From Balanoglossus misakiensis (lineage: Eukaryota; Animalia; Hemichordata), in contig CM082590.2 in assembly GCA_040954595.2 (NCBI GenBank), positions 8,805,764 through 8,869,763 of the forward strand: 64,000 bases of DNA, in the 5' to 3' direction. The notes under the pieces were generated by a model that saw only the letters and a program-made list of their open reading frames with translations, was not told the DNA's origin and searched no databases. How positions within the stretch are numbered: the stretch's first letter is position 1; the number at the start of each line of letters is the position of its first letter. Below, piece after piece: positions 51,501 to 64,000 of the stretch. The translations under genes and the position numbers were made by a program.

Positions 51501-51787
51501 TGAAAAAAAACGTGAAATAAAACTATTTTGAAGAGCTGTATTCTTTCACATTTAATCTTGACAGAAATGTTAGTGTTTCGGCAAAGAAGCATTGATCTTG
51601 TCCATCAAATAGACTGTTGTGCGTTATCTAAGAAAAGAAGTGTTGTTTGATGTTAGAAGGTGTCAATTCGATTTAACCTTCACTGAAGTACTGTCCATGC
51701 ATTAAGCATGTCAAGACTGATTTTCAACTTCAATCAGACTTTCCGCAAGGACATCATTATACATTTTTCAAAGAAAATCACCACCAC

Positions 51788-51788
<1 letters not shown>

Positions 51789-51851
<63 letters not shown>
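51789..51851. repeat. (ATC)n trinucleotide repeat
   Basis: Directly visible. Confidence 0.95.
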
Positions 51852-52588
51852 TTTGAAAAAAACTTAAAACTGGTGTTCAGTTTATAAGAATTTTCATATT
51901 TAAAAGAATCAAAACTCTTGTACAACAGTTTCCTTACAAGAAGACCAGTTTATGCTTTTTACATATTTTATGTCTTCATACAACCCCAATATCGTTGAAC
52001 TTTTAACTGAATCAATAATTACTGAATATATAATAACTAAATATATAGGACACTAATGGGGAATAATCCTTGTGTTTGGATAACAGATCAGCACAGGTTA
52101 GATTTATCTTAATCCGGTACAGATCCACAAATATCCTCATCATTGTGAGCAGTAATCCTGTAAGAACATCATCCACCCTGAAGCCAGATTTTCCCTTTCC
52201 TGTTGGAAGTATACAGTTACCGTCATAAATCAATTCAAAGATATCTAGCCGGTAGTCAAAATTAATACAGCCCTGTCACTTTGTTCCAATTCCGTCATGG
52301 ATAAATTATTCATAAATATTTCTCTTTATCGATTTTTCGCTAACACGAAGAGAAATTAATACGCGTTAAATCTGTGATTTTTATTGAGGTCAGTGTGCGT
52401 AGAATGAATCACTATTCATGATTTCGCGGAAAGATTAAATTTTGTAACAAAGAAAAGTAGTCCGTATGTTGGATATCTGAGACTTGACTGTTGCGGAGCG
52501 CGGAAGGATATGACCTCACGAGTGTCTAAAGAGTGCGTTATCACCATGAATGTTGTCAAATTGGACTGAAAGAGATAATATCTTCAAC

Positions 52589-52748
52589 ATACAGTCAAAC
52601 CTGTGTTAGTAGCCACCTCTATATAGTGGCCATGTTGTTTCAATCCCTGTGCAATTTACATGTGCATTAATTGACCTGTCTACAAAGACCACCTGTCTAT
52701 AATGGCCAGTTTAGGAAAGTCCCTTAATTGACTGGCCACTATAGACTG
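52589..52748. mobile_element. Family B MITE (opposite orientation)
   Basis: tacagtcaaacctgtgttagtagccacc...gactggccactatagac. Confidence 0.75.
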
Positions 52749-55001
52749 TTTTTTTTTCAGTATGTTTATGTTCGCGTATCAAATAGAAAACACGATAAAA
52801 TAAATTGTACTCAACTGTGTCAGAAAACATGTATCATACCCAGGGCAGTTAATCCCATAAATCATAGGTTTTTAATTGGCAATTCATTTCTTTATATAGC
52901 AGGACAAACAATTAATCATGAATCCTAAATAAAAGTCAAGATAATATATTCCAAACAAATATGTCTGTGTACAGAAAAAAATGATCATCTTCTTCTTCAG
53001 AAGATATTAGATTGGGTAATAACTGTTTCCAGAGAATAAATTATCCCTATTTTATTTCCAGATATCCTGTCTCTCACCTTGGCCTTACAGTAGACGAACG
53101 GTACAATAAAACCACTCGCTTAACGGAAATTACAGACATGAGCAAAATACATGTCCACAATGGTGTGGGTTATTTTATTTGATTCAACGGGGTGAGTTGT
53201 TAAATGCCGGAAGTGAGTTTGATGACGCGTGCCGTAGATGATGATGAACATTGCGCGTCTATTATCTGCGAGTCTGTAGCATCTATTGATTATCTGTGAG
53301 TCTCACTTAGTTGTATAGAAATAGAGAGAGTCTGATGATAACAGGAGTGACTTAACAACAGAAGTTCCTTATAAATAAGTTCCTCTCTGAACAAAACCTT
53401 GTGTTGGCGTCTCATAACGCTTGCCAACTTGTTTTCGTGATATCTTGTCGCTATCTTGTTTTTATTCAATCTGAGCGCTATTTGGTTTCGTGATATTTGG
53501 TGATTTACTCCACATCCTCAGGCTTAATATTACAAGTATCATGTGGTCGATATATCTGATGACCAAAAAGTACAAGAGAATTAACCCTGACATCTTGGTG
53601 TTTACATTTCAGTGATACATGTACTTCTGTTGGAGTATGTACAGGTACTCTGTTTTCCTTTTCCGCAAAATGGCTGTTGGCGACAGACACAAAAACGATT
53701 TTTTTTTCAAATCTTTGGCGGGCGCCTTGTAGGTAACCTGGTTTGTTCTGACGATACCGCGCTTTTTGTCGGCGCCATTTGTACAAGTCTGCAAACCATC
53801 GATGTATTCGAGACAGCTGCCTATTTTGTTGTGCACTCAGTATATCCATTTTGATTAGGAAGATCGCGATGATATCATGTACCATTAAAAGGAGCCATTT
53901 TCTACAAAGGTGCATTATCGACGCATTACGCACGCAAGAACTATTATTCAGACTTGTGTTATGAAGTCACGTTTTCAGTGAACTCCAAGATATGTATTCA
54001 AAATCATTGGCATCCTTATAAAGCATAAGTATTTGCTTCAAAGAATACAATAAAATGAAAGTGGAATTCTTTGTTGTAGTTTCCTTATATTTTAGTCAAT
54101 TGTGCTGTTTTAGTTTGGTGATGTCCTGATGGTTGGTCACTCAAATATGAATTTTATGATGACCTAGGAATGCGTATATGATAAATCGTGAGCAAGATGT
54201 TTTTCTATCAGGCAGACATACTGGGGTAATTGGTTCCACTCTTATGTTGTTCCGAACTACTTTTTCTCATAAGGGTGGCGAGAAAGTATACTTTAAGGAT
54301 ATCACTCCGCCGATGGAGTTATATTCACGTCAAATATTAATACAAAATCGAAACTTCGTCTCACAAGATGTGTTTACGTTCTTTAAGCAGATCGCTGCGT
54401 CCTTCAAATGAAGATGATGGTAGTGTAATAACTACACCACTTTCCTCTTTCGTTCATATCTCCTTCTCTGTGATATGGCAAGATGTTTCATGTTCAGCCT
54501 AAGGGGTTGATGTTATATTAGAAATCTCTGATAACACAGTCTACTGCTAAATATTGAAAAGGGAAAACATTTAGTCTCATATGAAATTTTTGAGACGAGA
54601 AGAAAGAGGGCTTTGCATGAACCAATACTTTGATCAGACAAAGATAAAAACAATTTCTGTTGTTTACAAGTTGTGTATTAAATCCCATTTTCAAATGCCC
54701 ACAGGAAAATCACGACTCTATGAACTAGGTGAATGCTGCACTGTAATATGAGAGAAAGGCGCGATGCACAGAGACTTAATCAAAACCGAAAATTGAAGTA
54801 CCTTTGCCTAGGGTTTCACTTTCAAGAAAAAAATATGAGACCTTGTTTGTCTTACATGAGATACAGGTATGACTGAGCACTGAGCTGAATAGTGACACAA
54901 CTGAAACATTATGAAAATTTACATTTATAAACCTCGAGAAGTATATCCTAGACAATGAGACTAGAGAGGATTTTAATTACCAAAAATGATTGGTTATTTC
55001 T

Positions 55002-55135
55002 TGAATGAATGAATGAATGAATGAATGAATGAATGAATGAATGAATGAATGGATTAATGGATGGATGAATGAATGAATGAATGTATGTATGTATGAATGA
55101 AGGAAGGAGGGAAGGAAGGAAAAAGGAAGGAAGGA
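55002..55135. repeat. (GAAT)n/(GGAA)n microsatellite
   Basis: Directly visible. Confidence 0.9.
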
Positions 55136-55499
55136 TAGTACAGTTGTTACATGCTGACATATTTAACTGATTCACCCTATTTCCTCGAACTCGCAAACTG
55201 AAAACGTGAGAAATCCATTTGTTTGTCTAAAACCGTTACAAATGATTATCTTTCAGGTTGCACGCGAATGAAATAATCAAACGGACAAAAGGTACCAATC
55301 TGTCATCGGTATTATTCGCGTTAATCGAAGCACAAAGCTTGATAACGAGAGAAGAGGGAACCATATGCCTCGTTGCCATGGTAATCGGTCATTTCGCTGA
55401 CTGATTGGGAGAGCCGTGCTGAGGGGTACTAGCTTCTACAGGTGACATGTATTCAAACCGTCTCTTCAGTGTTTCCAAACACTCACTGTAGCTGACAAC

Positions 55500-56585
55500 A
55501 TGGAGAACCAAACACAGGAAATCTTCCAGAACGTGAATGTCTCGTCCACGAGTGTTGCCATGGATACTTCCGGGAAGGATCCTGCGACTCCGCCCGTCAC
55601 TCCGAATCATTTCTCCTCGGCGATATTCCACATCCCGGAATTATGCCTGCTGTTTTTCCTGCTGGTGGGAAACGCCACGGTCTGCTGGATAATCTTCACC
55701 AATGAGAATCTACGTAACCGTGCCAATATGTTCGTCGCCATCTTGGCTTCGGCGGATCTCTGCTTCGGGGTCTTCGTGACTCCGTTCATCATCGCTGGGT
55801 TCTTCGGCGAATGGTACACCAACCCGTACCTGTGCGACCTCAGCGGGGTCATCACGACCTTGTTCCCGGCGGTCGCCAATGTCACCTTATGCTTTGTCAG
55901 CATCGACAGACTCCTGTTTGTGCGACAGCCCCTCCGCTACCAGGAATACTGGAAACCCCCGCGTTGTCTCTTCTCAGTCTCCTACATCTGGCTACACGCC
56001 CTCCTTCTCCCCACCCTCCCTCCCCTCTGGGGGATGGGGCGATACGTCCACCACCACACAGCCAACACCTGCATCCCAGACCTCTCCCATACCCCTGTAT
56101 TCGGTTACGTGACTGTGATCTACGGGTTCATCCTGCCAAGCGTTATAATGGTATACTGCTATTACCGGATTTACCGTGCAGCGCGACTGCAAGTTATGAA
56201 GGTACGCTCGGAGGCGTTCGCTTATCAAGCGACGACAGTCAAACGGGTGCTCCATGACACAAAACTCGGCTACCGCCGTACAGCCAAGACGCTAATCCTC
56301 ATGATCCTCCTCCACACCATCTGCTGGAGTCCGAGTCTGTACGTCCAGATATGCTCCTTGAAGTACAGGGATGAGTACTATCCAACAGACACGTTACAGT
56401 ACGTCTCCGGGCTACTGATTTTGACGAATACTTCACTGGAGCCGTGGGTCTACGGGATGTACAATGTCGCCTTCCGGAAGGCGGTCAAGCGAGTGTTCAC
56501 TGTCTGTAACTGGAAACGTCTCAACTGCTGTCGTTTGTGTCCGGGCAGGACAAACAAAAATTATCAAGTCAGTCCAATCATTTAA
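55500..56585 (+). CDS. Class A orphan GPCR (GPR161-like or opsin-neighbouring group), single coding exon, 361 aa
   Basis: Seven TM segments; GN (TM1), LASADL (TM2), SIDRL (TM3), PPLWGMGRY, CYYRIYRAAR (TM5), CWSP (TM6), EPWVY (TM7), FRKAVK helix 8. Probable splice acceptor for the coding exon at ~55256. Confidence 0.92.
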   Translation: MENQTQEIFQNVNVSSTSVAMDTSGKDPATPPVTPNHFSSAIFHIPELCLLFFLLVGNATVCWIIFTNENLRNRANMFVAILASADLCFGVFVTPFIIAGFFGEWYTNPYLCDLSGVITTLFPAVANVTLCFVSIDRLLFVRQPLRYQEYWKPPRCLFSVSYIWLHALLLPTLPPLWGMGRYVHHHTANTCIPDLSHTPVFGYVTVIYGFILPSVIMVYCYYRIYRAARLQVMKVRSEAFAYQATTVKRVLHDTKLGYRRTAKTLILMILLHTICWSPSLYVQICSLKYRDEYYPTDTLQYVSGLLILTNTSLEPWVYGMYNVAFRKAVKRVFTVCNWKRLNCCRLCPGRTNKNYQVSPII

Positions 56586-56587
56586 AA

Positions 56588-56741
56588 TACAGTCAAACCT
56601 GTCTATACGTGTAGTCGCCAGTCAAGGGACTTTCCTTCACTGGCCTGTATAGACAGGTCAATTAATGTACAATGTAGTCCACAGGGACTGTAACAAAGTG
56701 GCCAATATATAGAGGTGGACACTAACACAGGTTGAACTGTA
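56588..56741. mobile_element. Family B MITE immediately after the GPCR stop codon
   Basis: tacagtcaaacctgt...acaggttgaactgta, starting 3 nt after TAA. Confidence 0.8.
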
Positions 56742-59373
56742 ATTCTCACCGCCCGCTCCCTGTTTCCAAGTAATTCGCGGGAACCATGTACAAGAAAGAG
56801 GGAGAACGACTATGCTTTCAAGACTAATTTAGTCAGATTCCTTTGGGTGATTCTAGAAAGAACCTCTTGGATCACGACTTCCCATTGGCAACTAACTGAA
56901 CACAGCATGCGTATTGTACCGTAGAGTTTGTTGTTCAATACAGAATGATTATAATACAGAAGACTTCCTTCCGCCATAGACAATAGATTTGTCAATGAGA
57001 GAGTTTATATTTCTATATGGGTGTCTTCCTTTACTTTATATTATATAGTTTATGGTGCGCCATCTTTCAGTGGCGAGTAACTGTGAATAGTCAGTCAGTC
57101 AGCCAGTGAGTGAGTGAGTGAGTGAGTTAAGTCACGCTTAAAAATTAATGGTGAGTACGCTACTACGCTAGTGAATTTTCTTTTTCCATTTCAAGGTTCG
57201 GAAACTTTCTATGAGAACTGATTGGTAGATATTCATATGTAGCAAAGAACGTGGGTGATTCTCTGAGGCTCCATGCAAATAGTCACGACTTTGTAGTTTG
57301 AGTCCGTAAGTCGTGTAAATCCACAGTTGTGTTCATGATTTGCATTCAGGACGAGAGAACTGGAGTCTGCAAGCGAGATTCTGTTTTTATGACATCTAAA
57401 GATTTGCTTGATTTCACAAAACCAGAGCACCCATGAAATGGTACAGGACGAATTTATAACATCTGATGTTTTCGAGTCTGTGACGTTAGCACTTTGTGTT
57501 GTGTTTCAAATGCATTGAGGTTTATACCACTCAATTTTATTTCAGTATATACCCAAGAAATTAAATTCTTCAGAGTAAAATCTGTGCAATATTTGCTGCG
57601 GTGACTAAACCTTTGAACACTGATCTTTTGGTTCGAATCTTTCACGCCCTAAAGTTGATGGCTGATATGAAAACATCGTCTATTTTACAATCTTATAATC
57701 GTTCTTATAATAAGTATAATCCTATCAATTATGTGGTGTGGCTAGTACAGTGACTAAATCTAAGTTCAAAGTGAAAAAAAACAATATTCTTTTAATTTAT
57801 TTATACATGTATTCAAAATGTTTGTCAAGTAATTTCATTTCATTTCTTTCAGATATGCGAGTCGTTTTTTCTTGTAATTCTGTGTTATTAATTGTGGAAG
57901 CAAAGAATTCTCAAAATAAGAGTCGATACGTAATTAAGCTCGACTATACTGACTGTACCGGTATTTTAAAATGGCGCCACGTTGAGTCGGGATTTCATCA
58001 GTATTACAGAGTAGAGCTTCTAGCAATTTGTCGAAGTGCAGTCTTTTTCGGTAGAGGTCACAGGTCACTTTGTTACTCGCTGCGATGATGTTTCAAAACA
58101 AGATAGTAATTGGACAGGGCTTTTGGTTGAAAACACAGAATTCTGCATTAAAGACGCCACCGTCTTGGACGCCACAATTTGTTGCGAATCTGACAGACGA
58201 CAAAATTGCAACAGTCAAAAACATCAGCGGGTAAATTTACACGCGACGGGTTCACGTGATCTGAAAAGGTCGTTGTAATCTTGAATTACACGAATGTTCG
58301 AATTTTATAATGATGGGTAATTTCACCGACATGCTGCAGAAGTATGAGGTTGTTATGTTCTCTCTGCCTGGACAAATTAGGGAGGGGATAATTTGCAGAG
58401 AGGAAGCCATCTTTTCAGTTTCACCGTTGTAGCTTGGAGCCTCCATATTAGCTCTAGAAGCTCTTTCATCAGGCAAATTCACAATGGCGTCGGCAACGGC
58501 AACGGAAATTCTTTGATTTGGACTCTTTTCAAGTTTGGTGGATATCGCGAACAAACCCACCGTGAATCTCACTCTGTATCTGTTCCATCTAATGTCCACA
58601 ACATTAAATACTTTTCTCGGGGCGCCCGATGTGGTAGCTAATAAATCTCCAGGCAGTTTTGAAACATCCAGTTTTCAAACGTCAAATTTCAGGAAACTGT
58701 GAGGGCCGTATATATGGATAAAAACTCACTGCTACATTTTCCAGTTTTTGCGCTGACACTGACAAAGATCAAAATTGGTGAAACAATTTGTGTTCATTTT
58801 GGAGCCAACAGAGTAATTCAAGTCTGTTCATTGATGTGGAAATTTCATCTTGAAATAAGTGGCGAGAGTTTAGGGGAAATACTCCATTTTTATTACAGGT
58901 TTATTATTCAGCTTTTTGAAATTCAAAATGCTACGCTGCCCGCCTATTCTGAAATCTGTCTCGGAGTTGCATACTACTATAAATCCAGACTTATACCTTG
59001 CAGTTTTGTCTCGTGTCTTGAAAGGAGTAAGAAGACACAATAAATCTCCATTCATACAGAGCTGCTTAATAGCCCATAAAGTACTACATCAATCCTCTTT
59101 CTATCAATATTTCAAAGGACAGAAAAGACAAGACTGTAATAAATTGAGAATAACGAGATCATTTACACTTATTTTCATGGAAGCGATGTAGACACGTAAA
59201 TCACCCATCAAACAATATAGATGTCGATATCAAAAGATTTTTTAACAGTTCTCGAGATTGGAATGTTTACATATATCTATTTTTTGGAATGTTGTTTTGA
59301 ATATTATGGGAATAAATATTAATTTCTGATAATGTACAATGACTTGTAGGTTTAGTATTTTAACCTGATACAG

Positions 59374-59522
59374 TACAGTCAAACCAGTCTATAGTGGCCA
59401 GTCAAGGGACTTTCCCAAACTGGCCTTTATAGGCAGGTCAATTAATGTGCATGTTAAATGTACAGGGACTGTAATAAAGTGGCCACTATATAGAGGCAGC
59501 CACTAACACAGTTTTGACCGTA
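59374..59522. mobile_element. Family B MITE
   Basis: tacagtcaaaccagtctatagtggccagtcaaggg...ttttgaccgta. Confidence 0.75.
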
Positions 59523-60154
59523 ATCTCGAGTAAGGCTGCATGTTCCTTTTTAGGGAAACTTTTATATTTTTATATCAAAGTCACATTGTATACGACAGAT
59601 ATGACATGATCATTGAGTGCTTTAATAAAAAAAAGATCTAGGTTCTCTAACCTTGGGGCGTGCATCCTGGTAAGGAAAGCGCATGCGCTGTTAACACCAC
59701 TCGAACCGAACACTTGTTCTCAAGTTCAAAGCAGAAACCCGTTCGAAGAAAATCAAATATCACTTATCGATATTCAACACTGCACAAACCAGCGCTGCCC
59801 TTGTCGACATTCAACACTGCGGCAGCAAAAGTTACATGACACTAATAAGCCTGGCGTCCCTAGAGGGTTTCTCATTACCCATAATCCTTTTGTTTACGCT
59901 TCGAAACACCATCTGATCTTCTCAACCTAAGCTAATTCACGCGACTGAATCAATACAGACTGACCTTTCATTTGAGTCTTGGTGATTTGGATGGTATAAT
60001 ACGATGGTGTGTGGGGGATAGGCTTAGTGGGATTATACATAATGATACGTACAACACATACATACGTTATGTACGTAAGCATGTACTTACATACATACAT
60101 GTACATACCTACCTACCTTTCTACCTTACCTACCTACATACGGTACATACATGA

Positions 60155-60250
60155 TACATACATACATACATACATACATACATACATACATACATACATA
60201 CATACATACATACATACATACATACATACATACATACATACATACATACA

Positions 60251-60281
<31 letters not shown>
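60155..60281. repeat. (TACA)n microsatellite
   Basis: Perfect run of about 31 units. Confidence 0.95.
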
Positions 60282-60282
<1 letters not shown>

Positions 60283-61760
60283 AAAAGAAGTTAGAATTTA
60301 CCTGTCAAACACAGATTACTTGAATCAGTTCTGCATCAATATTCCCCTGAATTCCATAATGATAAGCACAGGTGTCTTTTCCAGCAATTTTATCTCACCC
60401 TGCAATGCAAAAAAGACATTTTGTTAGAAGTTGTATGAAATGAGTAGATGCGTGAAACTTATGCGTTGTTATCATTGCAAAAGAAATAATGTCTTTGAGT
60501 CCATAATGTTTATCAAAAAATACAACCTAAGAACTACACTAATTAAATTAATGTTTTGAAAAAGAGTTGAACAAAGTTAGCACGTAAAACAGATCTGTCT
60601 ATTTTCAATCGAACAGTCTTTGGGGGTCACCAGATCACACGAACGTAGCAGTGACGTGGACAGGAACTGATGAACTAAAAAAGTTGAAATGTCGACAGGA
60701 ACTGATTTCTAAAAATGGAAATGTCACACTAATCGGATTCAGCTAACTAGTAGTCATGTAATCCTTAGTTTCGACAAAGAATAGCAACCATCTCTTAAGA
60801 CGAGCTTCTGATTTCTTTAAACCTTATCAAGAGTGGACAGAAGGAGATAGATGCTTGAAGTAGAAAATCTTAAAAGAAGATTCTTCAAGGAGCCAGATGG
60901 TATAATCTCAGCTGACTTAATACACTATGAAAGGCATGGCCGTGGGGCTTAGGAGGCTGTGACGTATATTGTAACGCGCATGACGCAGTCTGAAACACCT
61001 GTGATGGGTTTGACTTGAAAGAAACTTTCAATACGGGTATTTAGAAACAAGATTAAACCTAAAATCTATATGTTCGATATTGTTTAAGACAGCTGAGTAT
61101 TTTGACATTACTGATGACGTCTTTGTGTGTATCGAAAATGGATAAAAACATAATCACGTACGTAACACTGTATTTGGAAGTCCAGAGTTTGGCTCCCATG
61201 AAACAAAAATCTCAATATTTTCTTCCCTTTAATAGTTAGTATACCTATACGTAGAGCATAGTCCCTGAGGTTACCTGAAGCTCAATTCAACATTGGAAAC
61301 ATTTCCTTCCACATCTAGCTCGCTGAATCAAAGAAGTTCCTTTGATTAGATGGTGCAAAGGTGTCCACCATGACATTTTCGAAAGCATCTTATTTTTCAC
61401 GTGCCATTATCACTGATTATGCTATTTTAGTTTTTGAATGTCAAACTGCCAAGTCGAAATTGACAAAATTGGATTCGTTTTTGTATTCAACGTGCATCGC
61501 AGACACCCCATGCTCTGCATGGAAATTGCTGAGTGTTATTCTGTCGTTTGAAAACTCTTATGGAAAATCACCTCAATCTACAGGGACACAATTAATGCCT
61601 TGTGCAACTATCTGATTTTAGTTTACCTACTGAAACATGTTTAATTGCTAGTCAGCAGATCTACCGGTATATTCAAGTACCGACTGAGTTTACATTTAAT
61701 TTTTATTCTCTTTAAAGAAATGTTTGTTCCACTCAATTAACAGACATTCTCATATACATA

Positions 61761-61945
61761 TCTTCTCTCTCTCTCCTCTTTCTCTCTCTCTATCTCTTTC
61801 TTTCTGTCTCTGTCTCTCTCTCTCACCCCCTTTCTCTCTCTCTCTCTCTTCCCTTCCCCCTGAGATTTCTCTCTTTCTTTCTCTCTACTTCTCTCTCTCT
61901 CTCGTTCTCTCTCTCATCCCCCCCTCTTTTTCTCCCCCTCCCCCT
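61761..61945. repeat. CT-rich low-complexity tract
   Basis: Directly visible. Confidence 0.85.
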
Positions 61946-63231
61946 GAGATATCAGGTACATTCACCCAACCTGACATCCACTGCCATTTCATTCAGGTCG
62001 CAGAACATAACTCTCACTCAATACACTCAATATGCCTCGCAGTCAAAAAAACGGTGAATCTAAGAAAAAAATATACTCAAGTGGATGGTTCCATCCGTTC
62101 TGAAAAGTGAATGCACTCTCATGTCGATGTACATACAGCGAGTGGGTGGAGAGAGGATACCATGGTAACCACTGATGGCAGAAAAATATCAGGAGAAAAA
62201 AATTCACCAATAAAAAGAACAAGTAGAGTTTAACAACCCTGAATACGAATAGTCTTCATTACGCAAATCTGGGGTAGCCAGTTAAATTGGGTTACCCCTA
62301 AGAGATCACGTGTTTCTAACAATGTAATCAAATCACATACATGTCCACCCTCTGGTGGTTCCATCGTTCAATTTGCTACAACGAGCAATACAAATTGAAT
62401 TCGTGTCTAGAATATTAATTAAACGCTAGTGGGACATTTCCTTATAGCGAGTTTTCTGTCTATGCAGCCTTGTGTGACATTAACATGGGGTGCGTTTAGC
62501 TCAACAAATAATTTGAACGTGCCTTAAATCAATATTTTGTTTTTTAGTTCTTATTCGTCATTGAGAGTGGCTTGACGTCACTGATCAGACATGGAGGTAA
62601 GCTCACACTTTTGTTTACAATATCAAACGCATGGTAAAATTAATTTCATCTCGTTTGACTAACTGACTTGATCGCTTGTCAGACAGACACACACACATAC
62701 AGGCATATATGTAGACACACACACACACGCAATCGAACAAATGAGGAGGCAATGTATCTTACAAAAACACGAGTCAGATTCAAACAGGTTTAGCAGTCAA
62801 ATACCACACTCTGTGAACTATATATTTCCTTGTGACAAATCTCATTTCCTTTTAATCACACACGATTGATTTCATCGCAGACAACTCTGCCAATTTGCTA
62901 TATTGATATTGACTCGTTGCCCCGGGAGACCAGTGGAGAAAAGGACAACCACCCCCTCCACTGTTTATTTGCATTTCAATTCTTCATTCAACATTTAAAT
63001 ATGAAAGGATCCTGACAGTTTTGTATGTCTCACTGTAGTTAAAGTTTTGGTTGTAGTAATGTAAATAGTTTGTTTCTGAATGGGTCCAGTATATTCAAAT
63101 AAATCTGTGACCACATGGGAGGGGATGGGGGACATTCACCCTTGGTGACATGTTGGCATCCCCCCCCCCCCTCAGCAAATTGTCAAGGGGGATCAGACTG
63201 CCCCTTAAAATGATGTCTTATGTTGGAGATA

Positions 63232-63588
63232 TTAAAGGGACAAAGTCTCTCTCTCACTGCCCTTTTTCCATTAATTATGTTTGATACAAGACGCCATTTA
63301 TGTTATTCTACATGTGGATATATGGTGAATCAACATTCGACCACACACCACTTCCATCTCGTTTGTTGGATATGAGAGTAAAAACTCGCCCAAAATGGTA
63401 ATAAATGGTAAAGAACGGTTATTCATTTTGGCGAGTTTTTTCACTCTCCTGTCTATAAGAGGGATGGAAGTTGTGTGTGGTTGAACGTTCATTCACTATA
63501 TATCCACATGAAGAATAACAAACGTTGTCTCTTATCAAATATAATTAATGGAAAAAAGGGCAGCGAGAGAGAGACTTTGTCCCTTTAA
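63232..63588. mobile_element. Family D: ~355-bp almost fully palindromic Kolobok/T2-like MITE (most complete copy)
   Basis: TTAA|AGGGACAAAGTCTCTCTCTC...GAGAGAGAGACTTTGTCCCT|TTAA; inverted arms run almost to the centre. Confidence 0.8.
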
Positions 63589-64000
63589 AACAAACTCTTT
63601 TAATTTTACCTAATCACACTGGAAATGTTTGCATTTCAAGAATAATGTACAGTCGTCTACATGCTGATGTCACAGATTCCTGTTGACAACTTCTGATACT
63701 TGTGCGTACGTTACAATTTCTACATGACTACCTAGAATGCATGCAACTCGGATATTCGTTCATTACTGGTAAAATCTGTATTTATTCCATTTATCAATCT
63801 CTTTGTATCTGAATACAAATCGTTATAAAATGACATCAGATCATATCAATGACCTGTTATCTACAAATAAATCTTCTATAAAAAGGAAAATTAATTCGGC
63901 ATATTTTTATATTCTACCGAACACTGGAATAAAAACTAACTCTAAAACATAAATCCAGTTATATTTACAAAGTTGTAATTGTATTTTATACCAATATTAC

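Noticed and set aside
51734-51925. Poly-Met ORF
   Set aside because: Translation of an (ATC)n microsatellite.
53062-53070. Possible AT-AC U12 donor (ATATCCTG)
   Set aside because: Mismatch to ATATCCTT, no coding context, and it directly follows an ordinary acceptor-like TTTCCAG.
55500-56585. Functional opsin or biogenic-amine receptor
   Set aside because: No lysine at the K296-equivalent position in TM7 and no Asp at 3.32 in TM3.
57738-59191. Cluster of 80-116 aa ORFs, and a possible minus-strand exon at ~60302-60399
   Set aside because: No recognisable domain, mostly non-ATG starts, and no consistent multi-exon frame; a non-coding or divergent exon cannot be excluded without RNA data.
1-64000. 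Autonomous transposon, tRNA, rRNA or prokaryotic operon/defence system
   Set aside because: No transposase or reverse transcriptase ORF and no recognisable structural RNA by eye; the genes have spliceosomal introns. tRNAscan-SE and Infernal were not run.

Overview
Intron-rich, AT-rich animal genomic DNA, probably from a marine invertebrate (the organism cannot be fixed from sequence alone); it is not prokaryotic. I can reconstruct seven protein-coding genes. (1) A 32-exon, ~2000-aa transmembrane mucin on the minus strand (signal peptide, Ser/Thr/Pro-rich stalk, EGFs, NIDO-AMOP-VWD, EGFs, SEA, EGFs, TM, tail). (2) Head-to-head with it, a 4-exon gene for a signal-peptide + thioredoxin/PDI-like + JmjC (Cupin_8) oxygenase. 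(3) A small secreted protein with two PAN/apple domains. (4,5) Two tandem paralogous class A GPCRs with single coding exons. (6) DCAF1/VPRBP, about 33 coding exons, with one U12-type intron. (7) An orphan class A GPCR with some opsin-like sequence features but no Schiff-base lysine. Introns carry many short non-autonomous DNA transposons (piggyBac-like, Tc1/mariner/pogo-like and Kolobok-like MITEs), one MITE-derived 73-bp tandem array, and microsatellites. The best candidates for new biology are the predicted secretory-pathway PDI-JmjC fusion next to the cbEGF-rich mucin, and the mucin itself, which combines MUC4-type (GDPH) and MUC1-type (SEA GSVV) autocleavage motifs with RGDS motifs. All exon boundaries and domain calls were read by eye; no database search was run.
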